The notes: generated by a model from the letters alone, not told the origin. DNA of 64,000 nucleotides from Raja brachyura (GCA_963514005.1 OY740793.1:26474001-26538000); one strand, 5' to 3'. Positions 26,071 to 39,300 are shown, counted from the first letter of the stretch. Made by a program: numbers and translations.

Positions 26071-26968
26071 AACCATTTTTCAGGAGTTACATTTCATTCC
26101 CAAATGTAAGTGAGCTGAAAACCACAAAGGATACTGAGTAGTTTTCTGACTGAGATATTTGAAATTGTAACCCTGCAGATGTTAATGCTTGAATTTACCA
26201 ACAGATATATATATGGTTTGATTTGGGAAGATTTTAGTTCATTTAAGGGGAATTTTAAGGGAAGTGAAAAAAGATGTATATATCACAATTAAATTGTATC
26301 TCTGTGGAGCGATAGCAGTTTTAATAAAGAACTTTTATTTTGTTCTTCACGCATCTGTTTGCAGCATAACTCATGTTTCTCCCTTCTAAATGGGGAAACG
26401 GTGTACAACTGATTTAGTTGAGCAGTACTGTATTTTTCTGCCATATCCAAAATAGAATCTCAATTCTTATCTATGGGTACAATCAATACATTTTAAAACA
26501 AAATACGCTGGAAATCTGAAATAAAAACTGAAAATGTGTCAGGCAACATCTGTGGAGAGAGAAACAGTTTATGTTCTGGATTGATGATGTGTTATTGACC
26601 TGAAATAATAACTGTTTTTCTCCTGAGCTGCCAAATGCTATTGTTTGCAGGCGAAAGATGGTAATTTTAATTAAGAGAATATTTGTGTTTCTTGTGCTCT
26701 ATCACTCTGTTCCCTTCTTGGTGAAATTTTCTGGGTGAAGTATCTCCTTAGTTTTCTTTCAACCTTGGAGTTGCAGTGTACTGCTTGTCAAGCACATCCC
26801 ATTTAACTGCAATACTGTTTCATTAAACAAGAACATTAAAGAGTATACTTAAATCTTTGGAAGTTTTAAAACATAACCAGGGTACAAAATAGGATCATCT
26901 ATATATGCTGCCTTACGCTCTTAAGTTAATGCAGCACTTTGTGTCCTTATTAGGGTACAAACTAAATA

Positions 26969-27855
26969 CAGTAAGCCTTTGTTTTAATGGACTCCTTTCA
27001 CCCTGGCTCCCACCACCTACCCATGCCCTGCTTCCGACACCACGCCCGGCTCGCAAGGTGCCTCAATGAGCCCTTCTTGACTTGCAGTACGGTCCGTTGT
27101 TGCAGTTCACCTTGTAGCCCCTGGGGAGAGCGCTTTCTTCTGGACGCCGCTGCAGACTGTGACTCGGTCAATGTGGGCCCCCCCCCACACCTCTCACCAG
27201 CTGCCGCTTGTTTCTGTTGGCCGGTCGCTTAGTCCACTCTGCCTTCCCCCCCTCCCCTCATCGCTGCCTCTTCTTACTTCTCCTGTCACTGTCCGCTCAG
27301 CCTCTTCTCCCACCCCCCCCCCCCCCCCCCCTCCCAACCTTTCTGCTTTACCCCCGGAGTCACTGGCATACTCAACCTTGGAAATGTGGAGCAGACAAAG
27401 CAATGGCCAACAGGAAAAAGGGAAAGCTGGCGAGAGAGGAGGGAGCCCCACGGTTGGTGGAAGTAGGTGGTGGGAGCCAGGGTGAAAGGAGCCCAACGCG
27501 AGCCGCAACAACAGCCACCTTAGTCCGACTGTGCAGCAGCGGGAGAAGATGGGCACGCTGGCGCAGACCAGCGGCATCAGCACCTAGTAATGAGGTGAAA
27601 CAACACAAAGTGCCGGAGTAACCCAGCAGACTGAAGAAGGTTCCCGACGTCACATGCCCATGTTTTCCAGCGACGCTGCCTGACCTGCTGAGTTCCTCCA
27701 GCACTTTGTGTGCTTTTGTGTATTAACCAGCATCTGCAGTTCTTTGTTTCAACTATGTACAATGTTATGCCTTACTCGATTACAGCAGACAATCGGCAAT
27801 AATGGACACCACTCCCCCCCCCCCCCCCATGACCCGTTATAATGAGGATTTACTC
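26969..27855. mobile_element. Tigger/pogo-like non-autonomous DNA element with GC-rich interior and nested Penelope-derived unit (~27600-27750)
   Basis: TA|CAGTAAGCCTTTGTTTTAATGGAC ... GACCCGTTATAATGAGGATTTACTC|TA are degenerate TIRs with TA flanks. Confidence 0.5.
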
Positions 27856-28090
27856 TACAGGTTAAAATCAAGACATGCTTGTTAACAGGTTAAAACACCG
27901 ACCTCAGCTGTGTTTCATTATTTTCTTCACAGCGGGCTTAGATAAGAACTTTACCCAGACGAGGTGGGCAAAGATCAAAAACTGAGAATGTATTTATCTC
28001 CTTCCCCAGCAATAAGTGTGAGTCAGTACATTGTTCAGGTAGGTTGGCAATGTAAGAGTTCATCTGTTTCTGCTAGAGATTTTGTTGTTA

Positions 28091-28735
28091 TCAAGTCAAG
28101 TCTATTCGTCACATACACACGGGATGTGCAGTGAAATGGAAAGTGGCAGTGCGCGCGGACTTTGTTCAAAAAAACAAACAAACAACCAACAAACTGCTAA
28201 CAGAATGGAGCAAAATCACATGTTCTTTTACATATTAAATATTGTGGGTGGTATTGAGGTCCAGTAAAGTTAGTCCCTGGTGAGATAGGAGTTTACAGTC
28301 CTAATGGCCTCTGGGAAGAAACTCCTTCTCAACCTCTCCGTCCTCACAGCATGGCAACGGAGGCGTTTGCCTGACAGTAGCAGCTGGAACAGTCCGTTGC
28401 AGGGTTGGAAGAAGTCTCCCATTATCTTATTGGCTCTGGAGTTGCACCTCCTGATGTATAGTTCCTGCAGAGGGGTGAGTGAAGTTCCCATAGTGCGTTT
28501 GGCCGAACGCACTACTCTCTGAAGAGCCTTCTTGTCCTGGGCAGAGCAATTCCCAAACCAGATTGTAATATTTCCGGACAAGATGTTTTCCACAGCCGCT
28601 GAGTAGAAGCACTGGAGGATCCATGGAGACACTCTGAATTTCCTCAATTGCCTGAGGTGGTAAAGGCGCTGTCTTGCCTTACTCACGAGTGCTGCAGCGT
28701 GTGATGTCCGTGTCATATCCTCAGAGATGTGGCTG
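28091..28735 (-). mobile_element. Rex1/Babar-type LINE 3' end
   Basis: ORF 28270..28863: VSKARQRLYHLRQLRKF..FYSAAVENILSGNITIWFGNC..KALQRVVRSA..LFQLLLSGKR..RLRRSFFPEAIR; (GACTT)n tail. Confidence 0.9.
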
Positions 28736-29464
28736 GACTTGACTTGAACTAGTAGCTGGACTTTGATAACATTTTTCTGTATAGTTAATTTACTGCTGTT
28801 CCCCATTTGGAAAATAAAATCAAAATCCTTGAAAATGACTCTGTTAATAATAAACATTGACATGCATTTGCAGAATATTTGCCATACTTGAGTAATTCAA
28901 AATCATCTGCCTCTGTGCATTTTAAAGATAAACCAAAGTTGTTTTTCCCTGTGCCCCTTTAACAGTGCCAATTGTTGCATGTCACTATCATAATTCCATG
29001 TAATACCGGTAGGTCTGAGCCACAGAGACCTCTTATTGTCCTTTGCATCTGTCTGAATGGAGTCCTTTTTTTAATGGCAGTTTTGATCCTCAATTGTGTG
29101 GGGCAACCGTTTGCGTCCATGTATTTTGCTAAGTGATTATGTCAACTCATTTGTTCTTAGCTGAAAATATGAGTGAGTAGAAGCTGATGGTTAAGGAGTG
29201 GATATGAAATACAGAATCTTTCCTTTTACTACCACTCCCATCTCTGGCAAATTACTAAATGATGCACCTTCTACCTTTGTGGCCCTTCATACTAGTGTGC
29301 AGTTGCATGACGGACACCACCACTGATCTATCCCGACCCACGTGTGATCATGAGAGGAGGTATGAGTCCCAATGAAAAACTAATTTTGAAATCTGGAAAG
29401 TACCCACTACTTGCTTTTACATTGAGCTTTTCATATAACAAAATGTGATTGAGTGGATAATGCA

Positions 29465-29610
29465 GCAAATATTGGGCAGACATTCCGGAGAACATGAATC
29501 GGTGGTGTTTCGGGGAGGGTGGTGGGGGGGGGGGGTCACAACCTTAAACGTCATGTATCCATGTTCTCCAGAGATGCTGCCTGGCCTGCTGAGTTACTGT
29601 GTCCTATCCT
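29465..29610. mobile_element. Degraded fold-back Penelope-derived unit
   Basis: GGAGAACATGAATC.. and ..GTATCCATGTTCTCCAGAGATGCTGCC are inverted arms. Confidence 0.55.
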
Positions 29611-29631
29611 TTATCTGAATTTGTGTTAAAG

Positions 29632-29869
29632 AAGGAACTGCAGATGCTGGAAAATCGAGGGTACACAAAAGGCTGGAGAAACTCAGCGGGTGCAGCAGCA
29701 TCTAAGGAGCGAAGGAGATGGGCAACATTTCGGGCCAAAACCCTTCTTCAGACTCAAACCCTTTTCAGACTAGGGTCTGAAGAAGGGTTTCGGCCCGAAA
29801 CGTTGCCTATCTCCTTCGCTCCGTAGATGCTGCTGCACCCGCTGAGTTTCTCCAGCCTTTTGTGTACCC
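29632..29869. mobile_element. Young fold-back Penelope-derived unit with 95-bp inverted arms
   Basis: Arms 29659-29753 and 29775-29869 match as reverse complements with 4 mismatches; 21-nt spacer. Confidence 0.9.
29772..29810 (+). ncRNA. Candidate minimal type I hammerhead ribozyme
   Basis: AGGGU CUGAAGA A GGGU-UUCG-GCCC GAAA CG UU GCCUA: intact CUGANGA and GAAA boxes, stem II closed by UUCG, palindromic AACGUU stem III, short stem I. Confidence 0.65.
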
Positions 29870-31029
29870 CCTGTATATGCATTTATTTGTTTCCACATTG
29901 GACAGACAATAACTGAAACTAGGAAAGAAGAAGTTGGAAGTGGTGATCAAAGCCACAGAGAATTAATACTAAGGAGTAAATTTTGAAGGGGCTTTTGAAT
30001 GTAGAACTTGCTTCTCTACTAAATAGCCAGCAACGCTACACATTTTTCACAATTCATTTAACGGAGGCAATTTGAAACGGGTCGATTGACAACACCAAGT
30101 CTAAAAGATAAACAAACAAATTGCAGGTATAGTTTGTGTGCTAAGTATGTGTGTATGACTCTTCCACTGCCTTATTGTCTTGCAAATTTAAATCTGACAA
30201 TAGAAGACTCTGTTTGTTAGAATTTGTTTGCAGCTTGTTATATGAAAGCTTTTGAACTGCTGAAATAAACGAACACCGTTGTTATGGCTCAGGTTGGTCT
30301 TTTATACTTTAGCAGATGAAACATAGGGGTGGAAATTTGTTCACACATTTACAAAAAATGATTCTGTACTATTGAAAATTGGGTTAGAACTACTGGAGAG
30401 TAGATCAATGTTGGATGCCTGTGTGTCTGTTGAAAATTACTTTCCTCTTTAGAAACTATTTTCATTCCCTCTCGCACAGTTTCTACTAGACATCCAGAAA
30501 TATTGGGGCTGTATTGGTAGAGTAGGTGCTGGAGAATCCAGCACTAAGGAACATAGGATCCTTACTCACTAAGGATGAGCAGTCAGGTTTATAGAATTGA
30601 GGTAAGGAACATTTCCTTCATTCAGAGAATTGTAAATCGTTGTCATTTTGCACTCCAGAGGGCTGTGGTTGTTTAGTCATTCAGTATACTCTAGTTGTTA
30701 TATTCTAAACATTTAACAGTCTACATTTTGACAAATACATTGAATCATAGCATTAGTTTTCTTCATTTGCATTTGATGAATAACTGCCTGCATGTAACGT
30801 ACATGGAGATGTGATATTTGTAGCAATTTTGTACTGTCGCAAACCCCTGCAACTCACAATGAACCCCCAGTTCAGGATGTATCCCGATTTTGTTTAACAT
30901 ATAAAGTTACTTTTGCTTTCAGTCCAAGGCATTGATAATTCAAACATTCCTTGTATCTGCATCCAGAATATTTCTGTTTCAGTTTTAGTTTAAGACTGCT
31001 ATAGATTATGTAATATATGAGGTCCTGAG

Positions 31030-31487
31030 GTGAAACTAATCACCCAGTGAGTGGAATTATTGACCCACCATTGACTTCATCTACACTTCACACTGCCTCG
31101 GAAAAGCATCCAACATAATCAAAGACTTGTTCCACATCAGTCATTCCTTCTTCTCCCCGCTCCCATCAGGCAGAAGATATAAGCACCGCTTCATACTTAG
31201 GAACGCCAATTTCCCCTCTTGTATCAGGCTTCTGAACAGTCCTTCCTTAATTTAAGGTACCGTCTATTTCATCTCTACTCCATTGTAGACATTGGACTGC
31301 GTCTGTGGAACTGGTGGGCTACAATGCTGAGAACTATTTTCTGCACTCTATCTTTCCTTTTGCTCGATATATTGTACTTGAGTTTGGCTTGATTGTATTT
31401 ATGTATATTATTATCTGATTGGATAGCAAGCAAAATAATGCTTTCACTGTACCTTGATACACATGACAATAATAAACCTAAACCTGA
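31030..31487 (+). mobile_element. Rex1/L2-type LINE 3' end
   Basis: HCLGKASNIIKD..HSFFSPLPSGRRY; tail AATAAACCTAAACCT. Confidence 0.75.
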
Positions 31488-32591
31488 ATTAAGTATGTAA
31501 AATTATTATCACGGAACACACAATATGTCATTTTTATATTGTGCCATTTTCCTAAACGGGAGCTATAGTTCTCGATATAATAATATCTCATAGCACCTGA
31601 TTAATATTTACTCTAAATGCTTGTAAGCTGCAAATATAACTAGGTGATAAAACCAAGAAAGTATACAATCCTTCTTAAAGTATAAGTTAAAGTATAAACC
31701 CTAAAAAATTATGAATAGTTCTGTACCTGGTCTTGAGGCCATTAGAAATTGGAAGAAAATGTTTCTTTACAAGTCAAAGAGTGGATGTCTGATTGTTATA
31801 GAATGGGCTGCAAATACAAACTTGGCTTTGTGATGAAAGAACAGCACAGGTAATCTCTGTACCAAACTAGTTTATGGTTTCAAAATCTTTTTAATAAAAT
31901 TTGTATTTAATATTTTAAATCAAACATAGTTCCAGGAACGTTTACATTTATGGCCAATAGATCAAATTCAATCCAGGTAAGTGCAAAGGTTGCACATTTG
32001 AAGATAAAATTGCTAATCGTAAAGCTAAAAGAGATCTAAAGGAGTAGCAAACTTATTGTTTGGTAATGCTAGTTACCATGAGATAATAATCAACAAGCAG
32101 AATGCTGTGCTACACAATTAAATTAATAGAATCAAAGTGATGGGATTTTGTTTTGAGTTGAACAAAAAGTAAGCTTTTGGAGATAGGCTTAAATCACAGA
32201 ATAATACAATACTTAAGGGAGCCTGCTGGTTCAACATATCTGGCAGTTCTTTGAAAGAGTTATCCCAATTAAACTCACCAAAAATAGAAAATGTTGGAAG
32301 CAGTCAGTAGCAAGTGGAAAGAAAAACAGTTAAGAAGGTCGAAGATCCTTTGTCAAAATTAGGAAGAGAAAAAATATATAGTTTTCAGTAGTAGTGAATG
32401 TGGGAAAGAGATGTAGAACAAATGGAATATCTCTGCAAAGGTGAGAGTTTCCAAATGACCCCATCTCAGCTCATCTCATACTGGTCCCTGTCTCACTCCT
32501 CCACCCCCAACAACCCCTCCTCTCTCTTTATACCAACTAGCTTTCCTTTCCATTCTCACTCCCGATGAAGTTGACCTAAAATATCGACAAT

Positions 32592-33386
32592 AGACATAAA
32601 AATGTGGAGTAACTCAGTGGGGCAGGCAACATCTCTGGAGAGAAGAAATTAGTGACATTTTGGGTCGGGACCCTTCTTCAGACTGAAAGTCACAGGAAAG
32701 AGAAATTAGAGATATAGACAATGATGTAGAGAGATATAGAACAATGAATGAAAGATATGCAAAAAAGTAACAATGATGAAGAAAATAGGCCATTGTTAGC
32801 TGTTTGCTGGGTGAAAATGAGAAGCTGGTGCAACTTGGGTGGGGGAGGGATGGAGAGCGAGGCAATGCCGGGTTACTTGAAGTTAGAGAAATCAATATTC
32901 ATAGCACTGGGCTGTAAGCTGCCCAAGCAAAATAACAGATGCTGCTCCTCCAATTTGTGTTTAACCTCACTGACAATGGAGGAAGTCTAGGACAGATAGG
33001 TTGGTGTGGGAATTGGAAGGAGAATTAGTGTTTAGCAACTGGGAGATAAGGTAGGTCTAGGCGGACTGAGCGAAGGTGTTCAGCGAAACGATCGCCCTGT
33101 CTACGTTTGGTCTCGCCGATGTATAAGAGTCCACATCTTGAACAACGGATACAGTAGATGAGGTTAGACAAGGTGCAAGTGAACCTCTGTCTAACCTGAA
33201 AGGACTGTTGGGGTTCCAGGATAGAGTCAAGGGAGGAGGTATAGGGACAGGTGTTGCACCTCCTGCGGTTGCAGAGGAACGTGCCTGCGGAGGGGGTGGT
33301 TTGGGTGGGAAGGGATGAGTTAACCAAAGAGTTGAGAAGGAACCGGTCTCCGTGAAAGGCAGAGAGGGGTGTAGATGGGAGATGGG
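32592..33386 (-). mobile_element. 5'-truncated Penelope-like element (GIY-YIG endonuclease, 3' UTR, hammerhead-bearing terminus) with 13-bp TSD
   Basis: FTCTLSNLIYCIRCSRCGLLYIGETKRR..RFAEHLRSV; C-terminus EQHLLFCLGSLQPSAMNIDFSNFK*; minus-strand CTGAAGAAGGGTCCCGACCCAAAATGTCAC near 32652-32681; TSD AAATATCGACAAT at 32579-32591 and 33387-33399. Confidence 0.9.
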
Positions 33387-33984
33387 AAATATCGACAATT
33401 CTTTTCTCCACTGAAGCTGCTTAACCCACTGAGTTCCTCCAGCAGTTTAATTTTGTTTCGTACTCCAACATACAGTCTATAGACTTTTGTATATCGAGTT
33501 AATACTAATCTAAAATCATGGATGGGTAAGGGATGAAATGATCATGTCTATGCAGCCAATAAAAAGTGACGACCATTTCTCCTGTCTCCAGCATTCCTCC
33601 TGCTCATGGTCTTCTACCCTCTCTGTAACTTTTTATTTACAACTGCCGGCGGAACATCAAGAGTCTTCTACTCCCTACTTCTCTACTCCCCTTACCCGTT
33701 CCAATCTCATCCCCTTTGCACGCACAATCCTCTGTTCACTCAGCAACAATTCCTAAGTTGTCATTTAACCCACTGACAGGGGAGGTGCCATTGTAAACTG
33801 GCAGGTTGACCTCTCCCGTGCTGAGGGCAGCGTTGGGTCTCAATCACCTCCTCATACCTACCGCTTGGCCATGACCCAACAGTCGAACAACAGGTCACCA
33901 CCTCCCAGACAGTTTCAAGAGTGTTTTATTGTCATATATCCCTAAACGGAACATTGAAATTCTTACTTGAAGTAGCACAACAGT

Positions 33985-34112
33985 TTGAAGAAGGGTCTTG
34001 ACCCAAAACGTCACTTATTCCTTCTCCCCAGAGATGCTGCCTGTCCCGCTGAGTTACTCCAGCATTTTGTGTCTACCTTCGATTTAAACCAGCATCTGCA
34101 GTTCTTTCCTAC
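33985..34112 (+). mobile_element. Penelope-derived tail unit inserted in an antisense LINE tail
   Basis: TGAAGAAGGGTCTTGACCCAAAACGTCAC..CCAGCATCTGCAGTTC. Confidence 0.75.
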
Positions 34113-34199
34113 ATGTATGTAAACATTATACTCGGTAAACCCCATAATAAACAAAAAATATATTGTTTTTAAATTAGACAAATAAATAAACAATAATAG

Positions 34200-35870
34200 T
34201 GATCTCATTACCTCTGGCCATCTCCCCTCTACAGCCTCTAATATTATCATTCCCTAGTAGACCCATTGTTTCTGCTGGATTCTACCCTACAGAACATCTC
34301 CAAATATCTAGATTTCATCCTATCCCCTGTTGTCCAGCCTCTTCAAATCTACACCTCACACATCCTTCTACTCTTCCTTAACTTTCAATTTCTAGCCCCC
34401 CATTGCCTCATCTTTACCATGGACATCCAGTCACTTTATACTTCCATCCCCCACCAGTAAGATCAAGAGCCTACAGTTCTTCCTTGAATAGAGATCCAAT
34501 CACTTTCCCTGTACTAACTCTCTCATCCTCCTGGTGGAACGTCTTCACTCTCAACAACTTCCCTTTGGACTCCTCTCACTTTCTCCAAGTTAAAGATGCA
34601 GCCATGGGCATTCACTAAAGTCCCAGCTATGCCTGCCTTTTTGTCAGTTACGTCAAACAGTCCTTGTTCCAGTTGAACACTGGCACCAACCCCAACTCTT
34701 TCTCCACTACCTCAATGACTGCAATGGGATACTCTCCTGCACCCGAGCAAAACTCATCGATTTACCACTAACCTCCACTCTGCCCTCAAATTCACTGACT
34801 ATCTCTGACACTTCTCTTCCCTTTCTTCATCCCTTGATCTTCATCACAGGGACAGACTTTCAATTGACATCTATGAGAAACCTACCAATTACCTGTATTC
34901 CATAGTTCTGTTCTTGCTTCCCCTCACCTCCAGTTCCGCCTGGTCCTTATCTTTCGCCCCGCTTGCCTCCGCATCCAACACATTATTCTCCGTCATTTCC
35001 GTCACCTCCGACATGATCCTGCCACCAGTCACATGTTCCCATCCTTCCTGCCTCCCTCAGAGACCGCTCCTTCCTCATCTCCTTGATTCACTTATCTCTT
35101 CCCATGTAAACCACTCCCTCTCCAGGTACATTCCCCATGCAACCCCAGGAGATGTAACATGTCCCTATACCTGCTCCCTCGCCTCCATCCCGGGATCTCA
35201 GCAGTCTTTCCATCTACTACATCCGTTGTCTCCGATGTTGCCTCCTGTACATCGGCAAGACTAACCGTGGAAGAGGTGACCGTATCACTGACCACTTAGG
35301 TCCGCCAAGGCCTACTGGATATCCTGGTTGCAAACCATCTTAATTCCTTTTCCCATTCCACCAGTTACCTTTCTGTCCTGGGCCTTCTCCATTGTCAGAG
35401 AGAGGCCACATGCAAATTAGAGGAAGAGCACCGCATATTCCACTTGGGTGGCTTAAAACCCAATGGTATTAACTTAGAATTTTCCAATTTTAGGTAACTA
35501 GAAACCCTATTTTTCCACCCTCCTCTCTCCCCCCCCCCCCCCCCCCCTCCTCTCCCTCTGCTGTGCCTACCTGGACTTGCAACTATTCCCCCCATCCATC
35601 CACATTTCTCCCCCTAGTTTCATCGTTTTCAACTCGACAATCCTTTCTGTCTGTTTATCTTTGGTCTTTGCCCAACCACCTGCCTATCAACCCCACCCCC
35701 CCTCACGTGTATTAATCTATTACCTGCCAGCTTTGTCCTGCTCCTCCCTTACAGCATTCTTTCCCCCCCACCCACAATCAGCTTGAAGAAGGGTCTTGAC
35801 TTGAAACATTACTAATCCATGTTCTCCAGAGATGCTGCCTGACCTGCTGAGTTACCCCAACACTTTTTTT
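34200..35870 (+). mobile_element. Degraded Penelope-like element (RT, GIY-YIG, 3' terminus)
   Basis: PSRPIVSA, LIFTMDIQSLYTSIPHQ, LNNFPLDSSHFLQVK..AMG, SPSYACLF, LLYIGKT, IFHLGGLKPNGINLEFSNFR*; degenerate hammerhead near 35783. Confidence 0.9.
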
Positions 35871-36112
35871 AAAATTTGGAGATCCCATTTAAGGGTCCAA
35901 AAGGCTGCATTATGTCAAGACAATAAGTGAGGCATTGTTGCTCACATATGCATTGGACCTTGTTATAACAGTACAGGAGACCACAGACTGGTATGAGTGC
36001 AATGGGGATTTAAAGTAGCAGGCAGCTAAAAGCTCAGGATCACACCTACAGACTAAATGCAGGTGCTCCACAAAGTGATCACCCAATTGTACATTTTATT
36101 CATCTTGTGTTT

Positions 36113-36380
36113 CGGCAGCGCAGTATCTCATCTGCTATGAGTGCCAGAGACACGGGATTGAATCTGACCTGGGGCACTGTCTGGGTGGAGTTTGCACATT
36201 CTCCCTGTGACCGCCTTGGTTTCCTCCGTGTACTCCAGTTTCCTCCAGATCTAAAGGTGTACGGATTTGTGGGTTAATTGGCGTCTGTGAAATTGTTCCT
36301 AATATGTAGGGAATGGATGAGAAAGTGGGATAACATAGAACTAGTGTGCATAGATGAACTCAGTGGGCCAAAGGGCCTTT
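36113..36380 (+). mobile_element. HE1-like SINE
   Basis: GCCAGAGACACGGGATTGAATCTGACCTGGGGCACTGTC..GGAGTTTGCACATTCTCCCTGTGACC..GTGGGCCAAAGGGCC. Confidence 0.75.
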
Positions 36381-39300
36381 TTGAACAGATAGTGGGATGG
36401 GATGACCCTGAAAGAACAGGCATTAGTTTCTGTATAAAGTGTCATAAAACAGGGAATGATTGGTGGAAACGGAAGAGGAGATTAGTGGATTGTGAACAAT
36501 GTGATCTCATTAAAATGTTAAGAGGAGGGGAGGAGAATATCGTTATGAAATTTTGTTGGAGCTGATGGATATTGTGTGGGATCGTTCATTTTCATTTTCG
36601 CAATTTATCTGCTCTTTCTCATATAGATTGGAGATTTTTCCATGTATTTATCTGGTGTCCTTCTGAAAGTTGTTACTGGTTTTTTAATCTGACCCCAACT
36701 CCAGGATCTTTTCATTACAGATTTTATAATCACGCCAGAAACTATTTTTTCACTAGAATATTTTATGTTTTAACCGGCATAGAATAATTTAAAAATGATA
36801 CAGAATGAGGCATTTTCGCCTCAGTATTTTCATGCAAGCAGATTGGAGCTATTTAAAATAATCTCACTTCCAAGCCTTCGTTCCATAATCCTTTGAGATA
36901 TTAGATACTCAACTGGGTATCTTTTGAAAATATTGTGAGGGTTTCTGTCCACCTATCTTTGAGACAAGGAGGTCTGAATCTCCATCATTCTTCGGGTGAA
37001 AGAAACCTCTAATCCCTCTAATTATTTCACATTTAGGAATCTTGTCTAATTTCTGAAGATTTTCTTCAATGAACGAGTTTTATCTTCCTCATTGTAATCT
37101 AGAAGGACCGGTTCATTAAACAAGCCTACTATATTACTCTCTTGTACTTATGTATGTTTGTGGCTACGTATTTAGATATTTACCGATCTGTATGTAAAAA
37201 AGAAATTTCACTGCGCCTTGGTACATGTGACAATAAAATACCATTGAATAATTGTTAACTATTTCACAAAAGCTAAAATTATTATGGACGCACCTTGGGG
37301 CTCGTATTTTATGGCTGGTTATACAAGTTCAATACATAATATGCACCGTCTTTCAATTCAATTCAACAATTTGCGCTGCTTACACTATTTTGCACTGTCA
37401 AACGATATCCCATACTAATGAATGTATTGACTAATGAAAATAAACAAATGGTGTAATTTTAAAAGCAAGAAATCTGGGGATGCTTACATACTTTTTAATG
37501 GTGACATGACATATTGAACAGGCTGCTTTAAAGGATTTATTAATGAAGGCAGAGATTACAAATGCAAGTAAATCACTCATTCACTTTGTTTCATTAGCAG
37601 CCATTTATTTGTTCTCCAGTTAATGATACTTCTGTCTTTGGATTCCTATTTAGTTCAAGAAAATCCTTTCTAATTTTAAACATCTTGATCTAATCTTCCT
37701 TTATTTGATCAAAGTGAAGTTGTTCATCCCTGGTACCAATCTCATAAATCCCTGCACTTTATAGACTTGGTTTTTGACCTCAACAAGAGTATCCAAGTTT
37801 GACACAGAGTAAAGAAACGTATATAATTACCTGCCATTTTATAAGTACATTACAACCAATACATTTGCATCATATCAAAGTTGTGTAAGAAACATGTCGG
37901 CCAACTTGCACATAAACAGCTACAAATAGTGATGCAATGACTATTTCCTTGTATTTTGTGATTAAAAAGAGAACATTCTGGAAGTACCTTGCAGACCAGG
38001 AAGCATCGGTGGCTGGTAGTTATCACAAGAAACTTTTCATCAGAATGAACTATTTTGTGGAATGATTCAGGATGAATATTGACCAGAACAGTAAAAATAA
38101 CTATCTCTCCTACTATATTTTGATCAATACCTTAGCACCTGTTATCTCCACCCAAAAGGTGCATATAGAACCTCATCTGAAAGCGACAGCATTGTGTACT
38201 CCCTCAGTATTGCATTCAATGTCTGTTTTGAGTAGGATTTCAATCTATTAACTTTCTAGTTAGGGCTTAACCAGTGTATTATTTTTCCAATGATGTAGCA
38301 TAATTTACTTTTATTTCTGACTACATTAATAAACACATTATTGAACTTTTTCAATATGTCAATGTGAAATGTCAATGTAAATGTTCAATGTAAAATGTGT
38401 ACAAATATTTCTCGGTTTCCTTCTTTTAAAATTATCCAATGTTACTGGTATAACTGTTTAGCAGAATGATGGATGGTGTAAACAGCCCAAATCAACATAT
38501 TTACATTGAAGTAGGACTGAAAGATTGCTTGTTAGATGATAATATACTGGTTTGGAAAATGATAGAATTTCTTCCAAGTGACACCTAGGTATTCTTTAAA
38601 GGTCATAAGATCATGCTTACTGCTGAGATTAGCAATTTGGCTGCTGCCCTTTGCATGCTTCCGTTCCTCTGGATTTAAAGGGCATGTGCTGCTCCGGCCA
38701 TGCACAGCAATGCCCTCGTTGACCGATATTTATACTTGCAGGCTCCTTACTTTTAAGATGCAACAGCATCAGAAATTGTAATAGCCACGTGGTGGCATGT
38801 TGTGTCTGTAACTATAATGCTTTCTGTTGCAATAGCATTGCATTGTCCTTCCTGCCGTCAGAATCTGTCTGCCTATAGAGGGAGCTAGCTAACAGTGCTT
38901 GCAGTCTACCTCGATATATTTCTCAATTTGCAAACATTTGACGTACAAATTTTTGCTATGATCCCATTTAATCTTTGAGGTCACTTTTTGCTTTTACCAC
39001 GTAAGACGCCATTCTCTGCATATAGAGATAGTATAGGAATGCTTAAAATGCAATTTACCCTGCGTTTTGCTGCATGAAATTTTACTTTAATGAAACTTTA
39101 CCCATGGTATCCCTTTGGTAAATCAATGAATTGCTATGATGTAGGCACACTAAGGAAAATTACGTTTTCTTCCGATAATATAACGCAAGGTTAGAACTGT
39201 TCTTGTTTTCTGGTGATACATTGGAAAGAGTTAGTGGAGACAGGACAAGTGATTTAAGTGCTGTGATTATTAACAAAAGTAGTAGTGGAGGAAAAGCGTT

